This document shows positions 1 through 11,390 of a stretch of 64,000 nucleotides of DNA, piece after piece. The translations under genes and the position numbers were made by a program. The stretch is from Tubiluchus corallicola (lineage: Eukaryota; Animalia; Priapulida), in NCBI GenBank assembly GCA_030141605.1, contig JAQGDQ010000006.1:1575067-1639066 (forward strand), read 5' to 3'. Within the stretch, counting starts at the first letter, position 1. Every line of letters begins with the position of its first letter. The notes below the pieces were generated by a model. The model was not told the DNA's origin and searched no databases. It saw nothing but the letters and a program-made list of their open reading frames with translations.

Positions 1-170
1 AGTTTATGACAATCAGCGTCACTTATTCTTGACCAGACACAGGAGTCCCTAAACGTAGGCCTTGACTAATGTTTACGTGGCAGCATCCATAGAGGTACAC
101 CCATTTACAAGGGCCATTTTTATCATCTTTTTCTCGGCAAACTTGCATTATGTGCTAAAAACTCATCGCC

Positions 171-538
171 CAGGACCGGATTATGACCTTCCGCGCGCCT
201 AAGCTAATGAAATTATGGGCCTCTATCAGATGGAGCCACCCTCTAAATCGTCCCACACCCGGTCTTGAACATTGTTTACTCGTGATATAATGCAGAGACA
301 CTTACATAGATTAAAGTGAGCTTATTGCAATTCTTTAAATAAATTAGATTAGCATTCTTTTGTTTGTTAATAAAAATATTCTTTAAGAAATGCCAGTATT
401 TTACTATTTATTGCAAACCAAATTAGTACACATTTCAACATAACCGCAGTGAAACAACAGACTTTTTTACTAATGTTAAAATGGTAGCAAAGCTTGAAAG
501 GTTGCAGCCTGTATTAGCCTATAAAATAATTCGCCCTG
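171..538. mobile_element. hAT-like MITE (decayed)
   Basis: Termini CAGGACCGGATT ... AATTCGCCCTG with weakly similar flanks (CTCATCGC / CTCATTAC). Confidence 0.5.
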
Positions 539-2914
539 CTCATTACTTCTTAATTAAGTGCAGTACTGAATATTCAGTTAGGACTTTATGAAATTATAAC
601 AGACTTTTTACAGTTTAACGCTTACCTGTTATGAAAAGAGTCATCCATGTTGTAACCAAAGCTGTTATCGCCAAGCATAGTTGCATAATAACCCGTTTTT
701 ATCTTGATGAATAAACTGCGTTATAAAATTTGCAGCAGCTGAAGGTTATTGTACAAATATTGTTGTTAATAAGCGCAAGGAACTTTCTTGTTTGCACATC
801 ATTTGTCCCATTGTGGTAAAGCTTATTTCCATGTCTTCAATAAAATATATAGCGTCACCTTAGATATTGTCACGTGTGGGTTACGCCTTTTAACGACCGA
901 AAAAAGCGTCAACAGTAGACATGTTAGCGTGCTGTACTTTCCACAAATGAGATCTTCAGGCAATTTAGAAGTTCCACATGAACGGGCGTTCAGGTTTTGT
1001 TCGCCAGCGTCCAAGTGGATTAAGCTTAACAATTTAACGTGGCTGGGAGGGTCGAGGGAGGCGAACACAAAACAACCTTAGCCTAGACACACGTAAAACT
1101 GGCCATCACGTTTTTAAATTATGGTAAACATGCAGAAATTGAAATCGTAGTTGTTTGAAAGCAGAATTTATTAATGAAGATTCATTTGAGCTCATATATT
1201 TCCACTCGAATACCTAATTTTATGGGTCGCATGTAGCTATAAACTAATATCACCTTTCTGGCTAGTATTACATACTCGTACTATTCTGAATTATTTTTAT
1301 TTATTTATTTATTTATTTATTTAGTAAATGTAATTCCCTTTTAGGTAAGTTTAATAAATTACTTGAATTTTTAATTTTTGCTTTTCAGGCAGACAATGGG
1401 TTTTGTTGGATGACGTAGAATGTCAAAAAGGTCACTAAGCCTTCTTTCACGATTACGTTCTACGTCTTTTAATTTAGATTTACGTCTTTGCAACTAATAC
1501 GAAAATATTTCTCACCAGCCGAATAATATTGATTGCAACAAGCTAAATCAGATTTTGACGAAACTAAGAATCAATTTTCGCCATCTTTAAAATGTAACAA
1601 ATGAATACGTTTAATTGTCGCTGATTCACAATTGAATATATTGTGCAAAATAAAATTTATTACAGGAAAAACAGTGTTAAAACTAATATATTTTTTGTAG
1701 TTTGCCACACTAAAACGTAACATTGTGATACAAAATTAATAATTATGACTGGAATGAAAGAAGATGCGCCACGTGGTCTATGTGAAGTGCAGAAATCACA
1801 ACTTGGCATCGCAAAAATTCCAATCTTGCTTGTCATTGTCTTTACGGCTATTGTTCAATCGGAAAACTGTACTTCCTCCCAATGTTTCCTCTATTATCCA
1901 CGTCAGGCACATGAACTTCACCACTGTCCTTTTTTGCTAAACACAAAAGAAACAAAATTATGTTTTATAAAACTTAAATTATTATTTTTAAAAATTACAC
2001 ATTCCTGATACGCCATTTTCAAATTGCCAAAAATAATCTGTTAAACTAAATTTTGTTTTCTAAACTCTAGTTTGTAATAATTAATGCAACAATAAGTGTT
2101 TTTGGAATGGCCGTAAAAGTTCCTTCTATAATCTATTCGTTCAATTTAATTGAAATTTATAAAAGTAGGCATTTGCGTTTTTGTGCTCGTCAGACATGCT
2201 TTTATAATATCATGCTGATTTTGAAAAAAATTGAATCCAAATTTTATTTTTGAAGAAAATTTGAATCCAAAAAGCAAATTTTACTTTTGCACAGGCTTCA
2301 CCCACACTTTTGTGTAGCGCTTTTACTAAAACGTATTCTCGCGTTTAAAGTTGAAAAAACAAAAAAACTTAAAGCATTAAAACCAGAAAAAACGCATAAA
2401 AATTCTCTCTACCAACGATCGAACTATGGGCCTTCAGGTCAAAAACAAATAGTCTCATAACCGCATGATTGAGCTGTGATACAGTATCGGTTTTAAATCT
2501 TTTCAAATTTTCCTTCCTATCAAATTGTTAATTTGATTAGTGATAATTACTCTCTGTTATTTACATAGTTTTATCTTAGCTCTAATTACTTTTCAGTGCA
2601 TGCAAGAAGGACATTAATTAGCACTGAATTGCGTTATTATTGCTACACAAAAATAAAAACATTCCCATACGAAACCTTCAATTTTTTTCGAAACACTGAA
2701 GCTTGTTTCAGACATGTGACCTGGTGAACGTGCTACAAAAGTACCTGTAGAACACACCTATAATAAATAAAATAAATACGCACACGAGTTAGTTATTTAG
2801 CAACAGTCAAGAACCGTTAGTTAAAAAATAACGAGTTAATAACAACAATTTTTAACAATAAGTTAATAACACGAATTTTCCTATCTTTACTTAAGTAAAT
2901 GTTTTTCTTACGTT

Positions 2915-3606
2915 TTAAAGGACAAGAAAAGGTGTACCTGAAGCAGGTTTCAGAAAAATCGCCTTAAAAAATTATATTACTTTATAGCAATTTTATGCCT
3001 ATATCTTACTCGCACTGAAAGTAATTTTGATTTGTTTTCATTTTAAATTTCCCGCAATACTATTCCGAAGTCGCCATTACATGACGTCATGCACCAAACG
3101 TAAATCAAGGGAAGAAAAGGCAATGTTAAATTATATCTCAAAAGACTTTCCGTGCAAATCTATATTACTTAGATTTTCGCTTACCTGCTAGAGAGATTTA
3201 TGTAACTAGAAAAGAAAATTATTAATTATTTAAAATGTTTTCACCAATTGGTAAAATGTAGCTGACTCACCCTACAGGGTGCACCACTCACTAACAAAAA
3301 AACGTATTTTTAATCTTATTGACAAGACATAGTAATTTTAAATTTTATTTAGTTAGTGACTTGCGCGCTACGAATGCTCTGATTATTTTTTCAAACTTTA
3401 CAAAATGTTATCTAAACTTGTTTCAAATGACCTGTCGTGAAAATGGCTGCGTCTAACGGTCATCGCGGGAGTTTAAATTTACAGGTTTTATACAGCGTGA
3501 CTGCCGATTGAAGTCCTGCATGCAAAAAGGCAGCATGTAAGCGAAACAAAATTTCAAAACGAATTTTTCAAGCTTTATGTTTATGAAGGGTTCTCTTGTG
3601 CTTTAA
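2915..3606 (+). mobile_element. TTAA-flanked non-autonomous DNA transposon, family A (Kolobok-like termini), complete copy
   Basis: Inverted termini TTAA|AGGACAAGAAAA ... TTCTCTTGTGCT|TTAA; the internal sequence recurs at least five more times in the window. Confidence 0.75.
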
Positions 3607-3696
3607 GCACCACACCGCTTGATTAAGTTCTTTCGGTAGACAATGTTTTGCAGCCTATACTGCCTTATTGCACACAGATGTTATATTAGCAATAAT

Positions 3697-4087
3697 ACTG
3701 TATAAAACATGTAAATTTAAACTCCCGCGATGACTGTTAGGCGCAGCCATTTTGACGGTAGATTGTTTGAAACAACTTTAGGTGACATTGTGTGAAGTTT
3801 GAAAAAACCATCAGAGAATTCGCAGCGCACTCTTCTGTTACTAAACAAAAGACTTAATTACTTTACATTACCAATAAAATTAAAAATACGTTTTTGATAA
3901 CTTAGTGGTGCATACTGGGCTGGTGAAACACTGACGATTTACCAGTTGGAGCAAACATTTTAAATTGCTAAAAAATTTCTTTTCTAGTTACATAAGTCCC
4001 TCAAGCAGGTAAGCGTATAGCTAAGTAATATAAGTTTGTGTGGAAAGTTTTTGTGAACATTCTTTAAAAATGTTTTTTCTTCCCCTT
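3697..4087 (-). mobile_element. Family A copy, partial, inverted
   Basis: Reverse-complement match to about 3107-3500 (e.g. AAATTTAAACTCCCGCGATGAC; TTTCTAGTTACATAA; GCAGGTAAGCG). Confidence 0.75.
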
Positions 4088-4680
4088 CAACATTTTTTGC
4101 TGTTTCAAGGAAATCAATGTGCACCACACGCTTAGCACACATGGAACTAATGGAAGGAATTCAGCCAAACGAGTCAAGAACCAAACTTAGAGTCCTGGTT
4201 GCACCATTTGAAAACTAGGGCAGAGGCGGGCCAAACTGCTGGTGAAATTGAGGAAGCGCTTTTACATCTCCCTGGATATTCTGACATTTGGCACCGCTTC
4301 ACTTAAACTTTCATAAATACTTTTTAAGAAAAAGCTTTCTTCCGATTAAAATTTTTCGTCTATAAATGGTAGTACTAAACTAGTCATCTAGATAATTTAG
4401 TAAAAAAAGCAAGCGAAGGCAATTAGCTGATCGAGCGCCCGAAGTTAAGCAACAGCTGATCCTGAGCAGTAAATGAATGGATAATCAATATGAAAATTGG
4501 TTCTGCGGCTTCTTCTGCTATATTTCCCCGGCTCTTTTCCCTGCTGAAGAGAGGTACAATCGCGTCCATCTTAGAGGGCTGTCTTCGATAATAAGCAAGA
4601 TCCCGTCCAGTCACAACAATTTATAATAATCATTTGAACGCACGAAAGAATATTATATTAAAAAGTGTGAAAAATTTCAA

Positions 4681-4935
4681 ACCACCGCTAGGACTCGAAC
4701 CTAGGACTTATGCTGTCCAGGCAGCTATACTAGCCGCTACACCACAAAGGCACTTGACCTACTTGACGGCACGTATGCTACTAGTTGTATATGAATGAGG
4801 AATTAAAGTCTACATTGTACCACATAGTACAAGATCAATTCTATGAACGCCCGAAAGCTGGTATAAATTATCCCTTCATCGGGATTCGAACTCATAACCT
4901 ACAATCCGGGTTGCTAACCATTACGCCACAGAGAG
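4681..4935 (-). mobile_element. Two decayed tRNA-like (SINE head) segments
   Basis: Plus-strand GGACTCGAACC and GGATTCGAACT (minus-strand box B), each with an upstream box A-like GTGGTGTAGCGG / GTGGCGTAATGG; no clean cloverleaf. Confidence 0.5.
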
Positions 4936-5375
4936 ATTTTTCAGAATAAAAAAAATACACTGGACGATGAAAAAGGTAACTAGCAGGTTGACCTAATTAG
5001 CAAACGCCAAAAGACAAGATATTAGACAGGTTTCCATCATTTGTAAAAAATGTGGCACATGTTTTTCCTTCCATACAGGTGCTGCCAATGAAATTAGTAT
5101 TCATCAGTTTGTTAGATTTGAGTGCACGCATGCGCAAGTCAACTCAAAAATAAATGTAAAGACAAGCATAATAATTAGTAAGTTACGGAGGTAACCTTAG
5201 TCATCAGAATACCGACCAACCAAAAGCTGTACTGCCTGTAGATTTTTGCATCAGTAGATTTAGTATAATAAATGCATATTATGTTAAAAGTAATTTTTAA
5301 TTTTTTTGTGCGTATGCGTTGAGAAGTTATATTTTGTAATTGAATTTTAATTTTACCTATGTAAATTTTATGTCT

Positions 5376-5381
5376 TTTATT
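5376..5381 (-). terminator. Candidate polyadenylation signal for cassette B
   Basis: AATAAA on the minus strand about 275 nt after the exon 3B stop. Confidence 0.3.
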
Positions 5382-5513
5382 CACAATTTAAAAAATTAAC
5401 TCTTGTAATAGTAGTTTAACACTATTGCCTACAACAGGCATTGAGTGGTTACACATATAGTATTTTCACGTATTTTATCACACCTGTAAATGTGTAGAAC
5501 TTATGCAATAAAG

Positions 5514-5515
<2 letters not shown>

Positions 5516-5562
<47 letters not shown>
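5516..5562. repeat. (TA)n microsatellite
   Basis: Direct reading. Confidence 0.95.
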
Positions 5563-5563
<1 letters not shown>

Positions 5564-5655
5564 CACTGCTGTGATGGCAGTGCTAATCGTGCAAAGTTAA
5601 CAGCGCAGTTCACAGCGGGTATTGCTCTCCTCAATTTTTCCCTAGTTCTTATGCA

Positions 5656-6355
5656 TTAAATAACAGCATATTTTAAGACTAACAATACCTGAGTGCTATT
5701 GGTTAATCTGCCATTGTAGTATTTAGTGTTCCTGTCGTGTGGATATCGCAATTCGCCGCAGCAGCTCCTGCTTTTCAGGACAGCAATGAAACCCAACCGG
5801 AACTTCCGGTTCAGAAATCCGTACAGGACCGGATCAATCCCACTATTCGACGTGGATATCCATTGGCATATGGGTATGAGCAGTGCCAGCTGCGCATTGT
5901 TATCGGAGACAACTCCAAAATAAACAAACGCAAACGTCAAGTACAGTGGCAGCCAACTGAAGGCGAACACCATCACAACGACTAGGACCATTTTTGCAAG
6001 TTTGAGCTTCTGTTTTCGAACCAGCGTTTCCAAGTCACGTGTTTCACCAATCACGGGACGTCGTAAGACGTGCAGAAATATCAAGAAATAGCAAACACTT
6101 ATGACAGCTAAGGGAACAATGTAGCACTGCAAAGCTACAACGCACAAGAAGTACCATTTTGCTGCAGCGGGATCGTGCCATCCGAATTCGCCACAAACTG
6201 ACAGTAATTGACCCTTGAATATTATATCTACGGCATCGTAATACAGCAACCAAGGAATGAAGGTCAGGCAGGAATATATCCATATAACAGCAATGAATCG
6301 TCCCGCTGCCTTCGTCGTCATCTCATACTTCATCGGATAAACAATAGAAATGTAT
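5656..6355 (-). CDS. GPCR exon 3B (end of TM3 to TM7 and C-tail), cassette B
   Basis: Acceptor ATTTCCAG|A completes R of ERY: RYISIVYPMKYEMT...CYIVPLAVISVCY...KMVLVVVMVFAFSWLPLY...QWISTSNSGIDPVLY...RKFRLGFIAVLKSRSCCGELRY. The frame is open to TAA at 5656. A possible donor near 5689 could change the last residues. Confidence 0.92.
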
Positions 6356-6433
6356 CTGGAAATATAAATCTCATTATTTTTGCAATACAATAATTGCCAA
6401 CAGGTGTCTCTAGTGAGAAATCCTTTTCAAGAC

Positions 6434-7096
6434 CAGGGCCGGATTTTAATTTTGTAGGCCCCTGGGTTACAGATACATGAGGCTCCGGCCCCAGTGACAA
6501 TTAAAAAAAGCGTGAATGTTGGATTCTTCAAATCAGCTTATTCAAATTCTACAAAATAATGCCAACATTAGGCCCACGTAGATGGGTGAAAGTTTAACAC
6601 AACAAAAAGAGAAGAAATATTCTGATATTTACAAAATTAAAACATGGAATACATACGAATTACAATAAATTGTAATTTTGTCACAGGAGGTGACCTCAAT
6701 TCCTCTAAAATTGTGTCATTGTAATCAGATTGCTAGTGTATTTGGCAGTATCAATGAGTTCAAATAATGAACAAGAAAACAATTTCAGTGTATTATTACA
6801 CAGTATATTAATGCATTCTCTAGCAACTTTTCACAGTAATTTACTTTCACTTAATTTCTGGAGGCCCCTCAACTGGCAAAGGCCCCTGGGCTGCAGCCCA
6901 TAAAGCCCATGCTCTAGTAACTTTTCACAGTAATTTACTTTCAGAATCTCTGGAGGCCCCTCAACTGGCAAAGGCCCCTGGGATGCAGCCCATAAAGCCC
7001 ATGCTCTAGTAACTTTTCACAGTAATTTACTTTCACTTAATTTCTGAAGGCCCCTCAGCTGGCGAAGGCCGCTGGGCTGCAGCCCATCTGGTACTG
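6434..7096. mobile_element. hAT-like MITE in intron 2B with internal triplication of about 95-100 bp
   Basis: Starts CAGGGCCGGATT, ends ...GGTACTG; 8-bp target duplication TTCAAGAC / TTAAAGAC. Three tandem units (AACTTTTCACAGTAATTTACTTTCA...GGCCCCTCAACTGGCAAAGGCCCCTGGG...GCAGCCCAT) at about 6817-7087. Confidence 0.75.
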
Positions 7097-7449
7097 TTAA
7101 AGACAATTAATGAGTTTTGAGAACTCAGCTGATTCACGGCTGTTTCAACTAGAAAATGCTCACTAAGCAGCATTAGGTTTTATACTGTACTGTGTTATAC
7201 TAGCTTTAAAAATCTTTGCATGTTTGTTAGAGATTTCGTCGTCTTTAATATAACATCAATAATTGATTCATTAAACCACCATGCATCGTCTCCCAAAAGA
7301 CAGTCACCAAACTAATTTTCTTACTTATTTAATCGTTGGTAAAGAGCAAACATGACTGACTTATTCCTTATTCATTATATTAAACACTTACTGATTAATA
7401 AGACCAGATTTCAAAAGCAAGCCTCCCTTGCTCGTGTGTATTTGCTTAC

Positions 7450-7549
7450 CTCTCTACAGATATGGTAGCCAGTGTGTTCACGGAAGAGGAAACGGAAACA
7501 GCTTGAAGCCAGACAACTGTTTTGCACGCCCCATCCGAGAACGGATAAC
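7450..7549 (-). CDS. GPCR exon 2B (ECL1-TM3), cassette B
   Basis: 100-nt exon, TTTTAAAG|GTTATC...GAGAG|GTAAGC, same length and phases as exon 2A. Translates (S)YPFSDGACKTVVWLQAVSVSSSVNTLATISVE(R); 17 of 33 residues identical to 2A by hand alignment. Confidence 0.92.
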
Positions 7550-7879
7550 CTTTAAAAGAAAGCTTGTGCTAGCAAACTAGAGTTTAGATCTATTACTGTA
7601 TTAGTAAGGTACTAATTATATCTTTTATTTATCATTACTAATTGTTTTGTCTGTATTCAGGTTTTGTGGTTTTCTGCCGAGGAAAGCGCCAGTGATGCAA
7701 AGACGACAGATATATTTTATTCAAATTTGAAAGTAGCTAATGCAAGAAAACACTTTTCATAACAAAAGTTTAAAAAATCGTCTTGAAATTTTATATCACT
7801 TACATGCTGATTGTAAATTAAAGTACAAGAGAACACTCTTCATAAATAAAGCTTAAACATCGTCTTGAAAGGTCATATT

Positions 7880-8290
7880 GCTTACATACTGTCTTATTGC
7901 ATACAGGGCTTACGTTAACAGTAGCGCTGTATAGAGCTCGTAAATTTAAACTCCCGCGTTAGGCGCAGTCATTGTAATGTCAGTCGTTTGAAACAAATTT
8001 AGATAACATCGCATAAAGTTCGAAAAAATAATCAGAGCATTTGTAACACGCTCCTCGCTAACTAAGCAAAAGTATAAATTGCTTTACATTATCAATAAGA
8101 TTAAAAATACGTTTTTGGTGAATCAGTGGTGCACGCTGGGATGGTGATGCAGTGCCATTCCACTAGTTGTCGCGAGCATTTAAAATTATTAAGAAATTTC
8201 TTGTCTAGTTACATTTGTTTTTCAAACAGATAAGAATGATGCATACAGAAGTAATGTAACTTCATATCATGGAAAGTTCCTAGAGACATA
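7880..8290 (-). mobile_element. Family A copy, partial, inverted
   Basis: GTAAATTTAAACTCCCGCG, TCAATAAGATTAAAAATACGTTTTT and TCTAGTTACAT shared with 3697-4087. Confidence 0.7.
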
Positions 8291-9124
8291 CTGTACTTTA
8301 AAAACCGTTTTGATTCTCGTTAAAAAATTTATTATGAGGTTTTCGGTGACCGCATTGGTAATTTTATTTCATGATATGATATGATGTGATTAACATGGTA
8401 ATGTTATAGCAAAGAATGTTTTTTACTATAATGTTTACGAACTGTATTCTGTACAATAATAATTTGCTAATAAAACACGCTTCATTTCGTCAGTCACAAA
8501 ACAGTTCAGGTCGTGGCATCATCCTGAATTCTGTTTGTCAGCTAAATCGATCTAGATTCGCCCTGCGTTATGACTTTCACTTAACGCTACACAAATAATT
8601 TACATATTTCATTATTGTTGTGACTAACCGACTGACTCAATACTATCTGAGGTTAATACAGCGCCCTTTTCGCCTAGAAATATACTGTTTTTTATTTTGT
8701 ATTAATTTGCATTTAATAATGGATAAAGTTACGATGATTTTATGCATGAGATGAGTTTTCTTACTGCAGTTACAAATGTTTGCGGCCTAAAATGTTTCAC
8801 TGTTTACCTGTGTTTGTCCTGCACCTCCTATTAACACCGTGTATTATTTGAAATTAATTAAGATTGAACAAAAGATGGCGCTTCTATCAAAGAATTGAAA
8901 CTTGAGTAGTTTTGTTACGTTAACGCCAGTGACGCACTACAAGTCCTTTTTTGTAACTTTTGTCAGCAAACAATGATGAATTAAGAAAGAATAAATGGCT
9001 TCCCATTCTTTGGGGCAAAAATCTTGTGCATATGTCATAGATAAGAAAAAAATTAAATGTTCAAGCAGAAAGTCAGTCTGTGTCACCAGAAAATCATCGA
9101 CTCTGCCAATCGGTTAGTAGATCA

Positions 9125-9490
9125 GCTAACCATCTACTTTTCAACCTGGTAATCGATGAACTGATCTCGAAAGTCGGTTCTCGATTTGGCTATGGGATCG
9201 ACGAATACCAAGTGGCTATAGTTGGTTTTACCGATGACCTAGTCCTAATCTCAGCCTCGAAACATGGCATGGGAGTTTTGTTGGAGACAGCCAATGGCTT
9301 CTTCACGAAACGAGGTATGACACTGAACGCCAACAAGTGCAAAGCCATGAAGCTAGTCAAGGCATACCAGCGAAAGGCTATGAAAGTGTTAATAGAGCAC
9401 ACATGGAAGATCTGCCAGACTCCTATTCCAATGCTGGGAGTCAGTGATACGTATAAATACCTGAGAATCCCCATGACTGCCAACCTGTCT
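9125..9490 (+). mobile_element. Non-LTR retrotransposon reverse transcriptase fragment (R2/NeSL/R4-like)
   Basis: LLFNLVIDEL...VAIVGFTDDLVLIS...FFTKRGMTLNANKCKAM...YKYL matches RT motifs around YADD. Confidence 0.8.
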
Positions 9491-10811
9491 AGTCAACCAG
9501 CTGAGCAAATTTATTTATCAGAGAGTCCAAAGATATACCATTTGTGCTGGTGCAGCATGTAACCACTAGCGTGTGTAAAATTTAGAAAATCACGCTTAAC
9601 TTCTGAGAAAACAAAACAATAATAACAGATATGAGATTAATACTGTTTCACTTTTATATTTCACAAATATGAACTTTCACTTCATAAACAATGACGTCAG
9701 GATTCGCCAGTTAAAATAATCCAATCCAGAAAAATGTGACACATTAATGATAAAACAGTATAGATCTTAAATGTACCACAAAAATACTGGTACTTATGTA
9801 AGTGATTTCTAGTGATGTTGACTTTTCAGCAGTATCAGTCCTGCGTGACTTATAAATGAACAGTCAATCGCAAGGTACAATTATACGAGCTGTCATAGAA
9901 GAAATAAACTGGGGAAATAAACCTGTTAAGCAGTAACTATGACATCAGCTACCGTTCTGTCGGTTTCTCCAATCATTGGCACCTAGTAAGAAAACTACGT
10001 CTCTAGGAATGGCAACTTAACTTTATGATGCGTCCTTAAATGTCAATACCTTATTTTAAACTAAGTGTAAAGAAAGTGTATCAAAAAATGATGACACTAT
10101 TTGCAGCAAGATAGAAAACCAAAAATGGCAGACGGTAATAACTTTATAATTTTATAACTTTATAACCTAATTTTATAATATCAGCAGTCAATTGACCAAG
10201 ATACTCATAATGACGAAAGTTTAGTTCATACTTGATTTAATACTTTTTGCAAGCTATATTATTACTGTCTTGTGTAGGATCTAACTACAATGATACAGAG
10301 CCATGTAGTAATGGTTTTTAATTCATTTGTTGCCAATTCCAAAACCAAGTACAACATCCGGACAAACTGCAGAGCTGATTCAGTCAAAAGAAGCTGGAAA
10401 GTATTGCAACTTTAGAATAGAGAATGCACATGAAATATTTCTTACTATCTCATGGTCACATCCCGTAGAGCAGACTAAAAATTATATCGTTAAGCATAAT
10501 CAATGAAAAACAGTGACAACATATGATACCACTAACATCAACATAGACCTAAATCAGACAGTGAGGGCAACTCAAAAAATACACTGGTCTTGAAAATATA
10601 ATTTTTCAGATTGCTTCAAACTCCATTGTGATTTATATCTTCCCTGATACCTGATAACTTAATAACAACATTCAAATATTGCACAAAGGTAACATCACAT
10701 TATATTAGATAGTGTAATATAACAGGCAGCTACAACATCGTAAAGATTGCTCATACTGCCAAGTGTTAACTAAACAGGCTACTAAACAAGCCTGCTCAAT
10801 CCATCAGTTCA

Positions 10812-10817
10812 TTTATT
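10812..10817 (-). terminator. Candidate polyadenylation signal for cassette A
   Basis: AATAAA on the minus strand about 575 nt after the exon 3A stop. The hexamer is common in AT-rich DNA. Confidence 0.35.
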
Positions 10818-11390
10818 ACAAGTACACTTCTATATTCCATACTCATTACACTAATGTGTACAATCATTTTCATTGTCAACTAACTTCAACCTAGGCAAGA
10901 TCAGAAGACAATATTTGGTCACATGCTTGTCGCTACAAAATTTTCCAATCGTGAAGACAATAGCACAAGTTTCATTTGCTTTAAAATTGGTGCAATAACA
11001 TCTTTGAACTTGTGAATGTAATATAGCGTGTTTTATACAAATAGTCTGTGATTCACTTCATGACCAAGAGACCATCACAAAATTCGGCTCACATTCCAGT
11101 ATCTGCAAATAGGATTATGACAAGTACACTATTTGGGAATAATTTAACAGATGTATTGGTAATCTTGGAAACTAGTCACCATTCGAGTTACAAAGCGAAC
11201 ACATCACACTTAGCCCGCACATTGTGCAGAAAAACGTTCTCTTGTAAATTTCTCTTCTGTTATTGTTGCTGGTAACAAAAAAGCAGCTCCGTCACATGTA
11301 AGAAAAGTACCAAGTAGACGCCATCATGCACAACCATCAATGACACTAGCGACATGTGGAGCTGCTTTCAGAAACTCCTCTTCATTTTCT

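Noticed and set aside
626-1068. Adhesion-GPCR-like TM1/TM2 (TCLLLTLF; KRVIMQLCLAI)
   Set aside because: The segments cannot be joined in frame with the available splice sites and an in-frame TAA intervenes; likely chance resemblance.
4150-4305. Short plus-strand frame reminiscent of a death-domain C-terminus (LESWLHHL...EIEEALLHLPGYSDIW)
   Set aside because: About 50 codons, bounded by stops, with no supporting exons; cannot be supported without a profile search.
4681-4935. Genuine tRNA genes (also at about 14260, 23380, 27580, 35270)
   Set aside because: Only box A/B-like motifs; I could not build acceptor and anticodon stems, so these are treated as SINE heads.
5656-7549. Cassette B as a simple pseudogene or haplotype/assembly duplicate of cassette A
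   Set aside because: About 50% protein divergence in exon 2 with no stops or frameshifts and conserved splice sites argues against both a recent artefactual duplication and neutral decay; it is not formally excluded without expression data.
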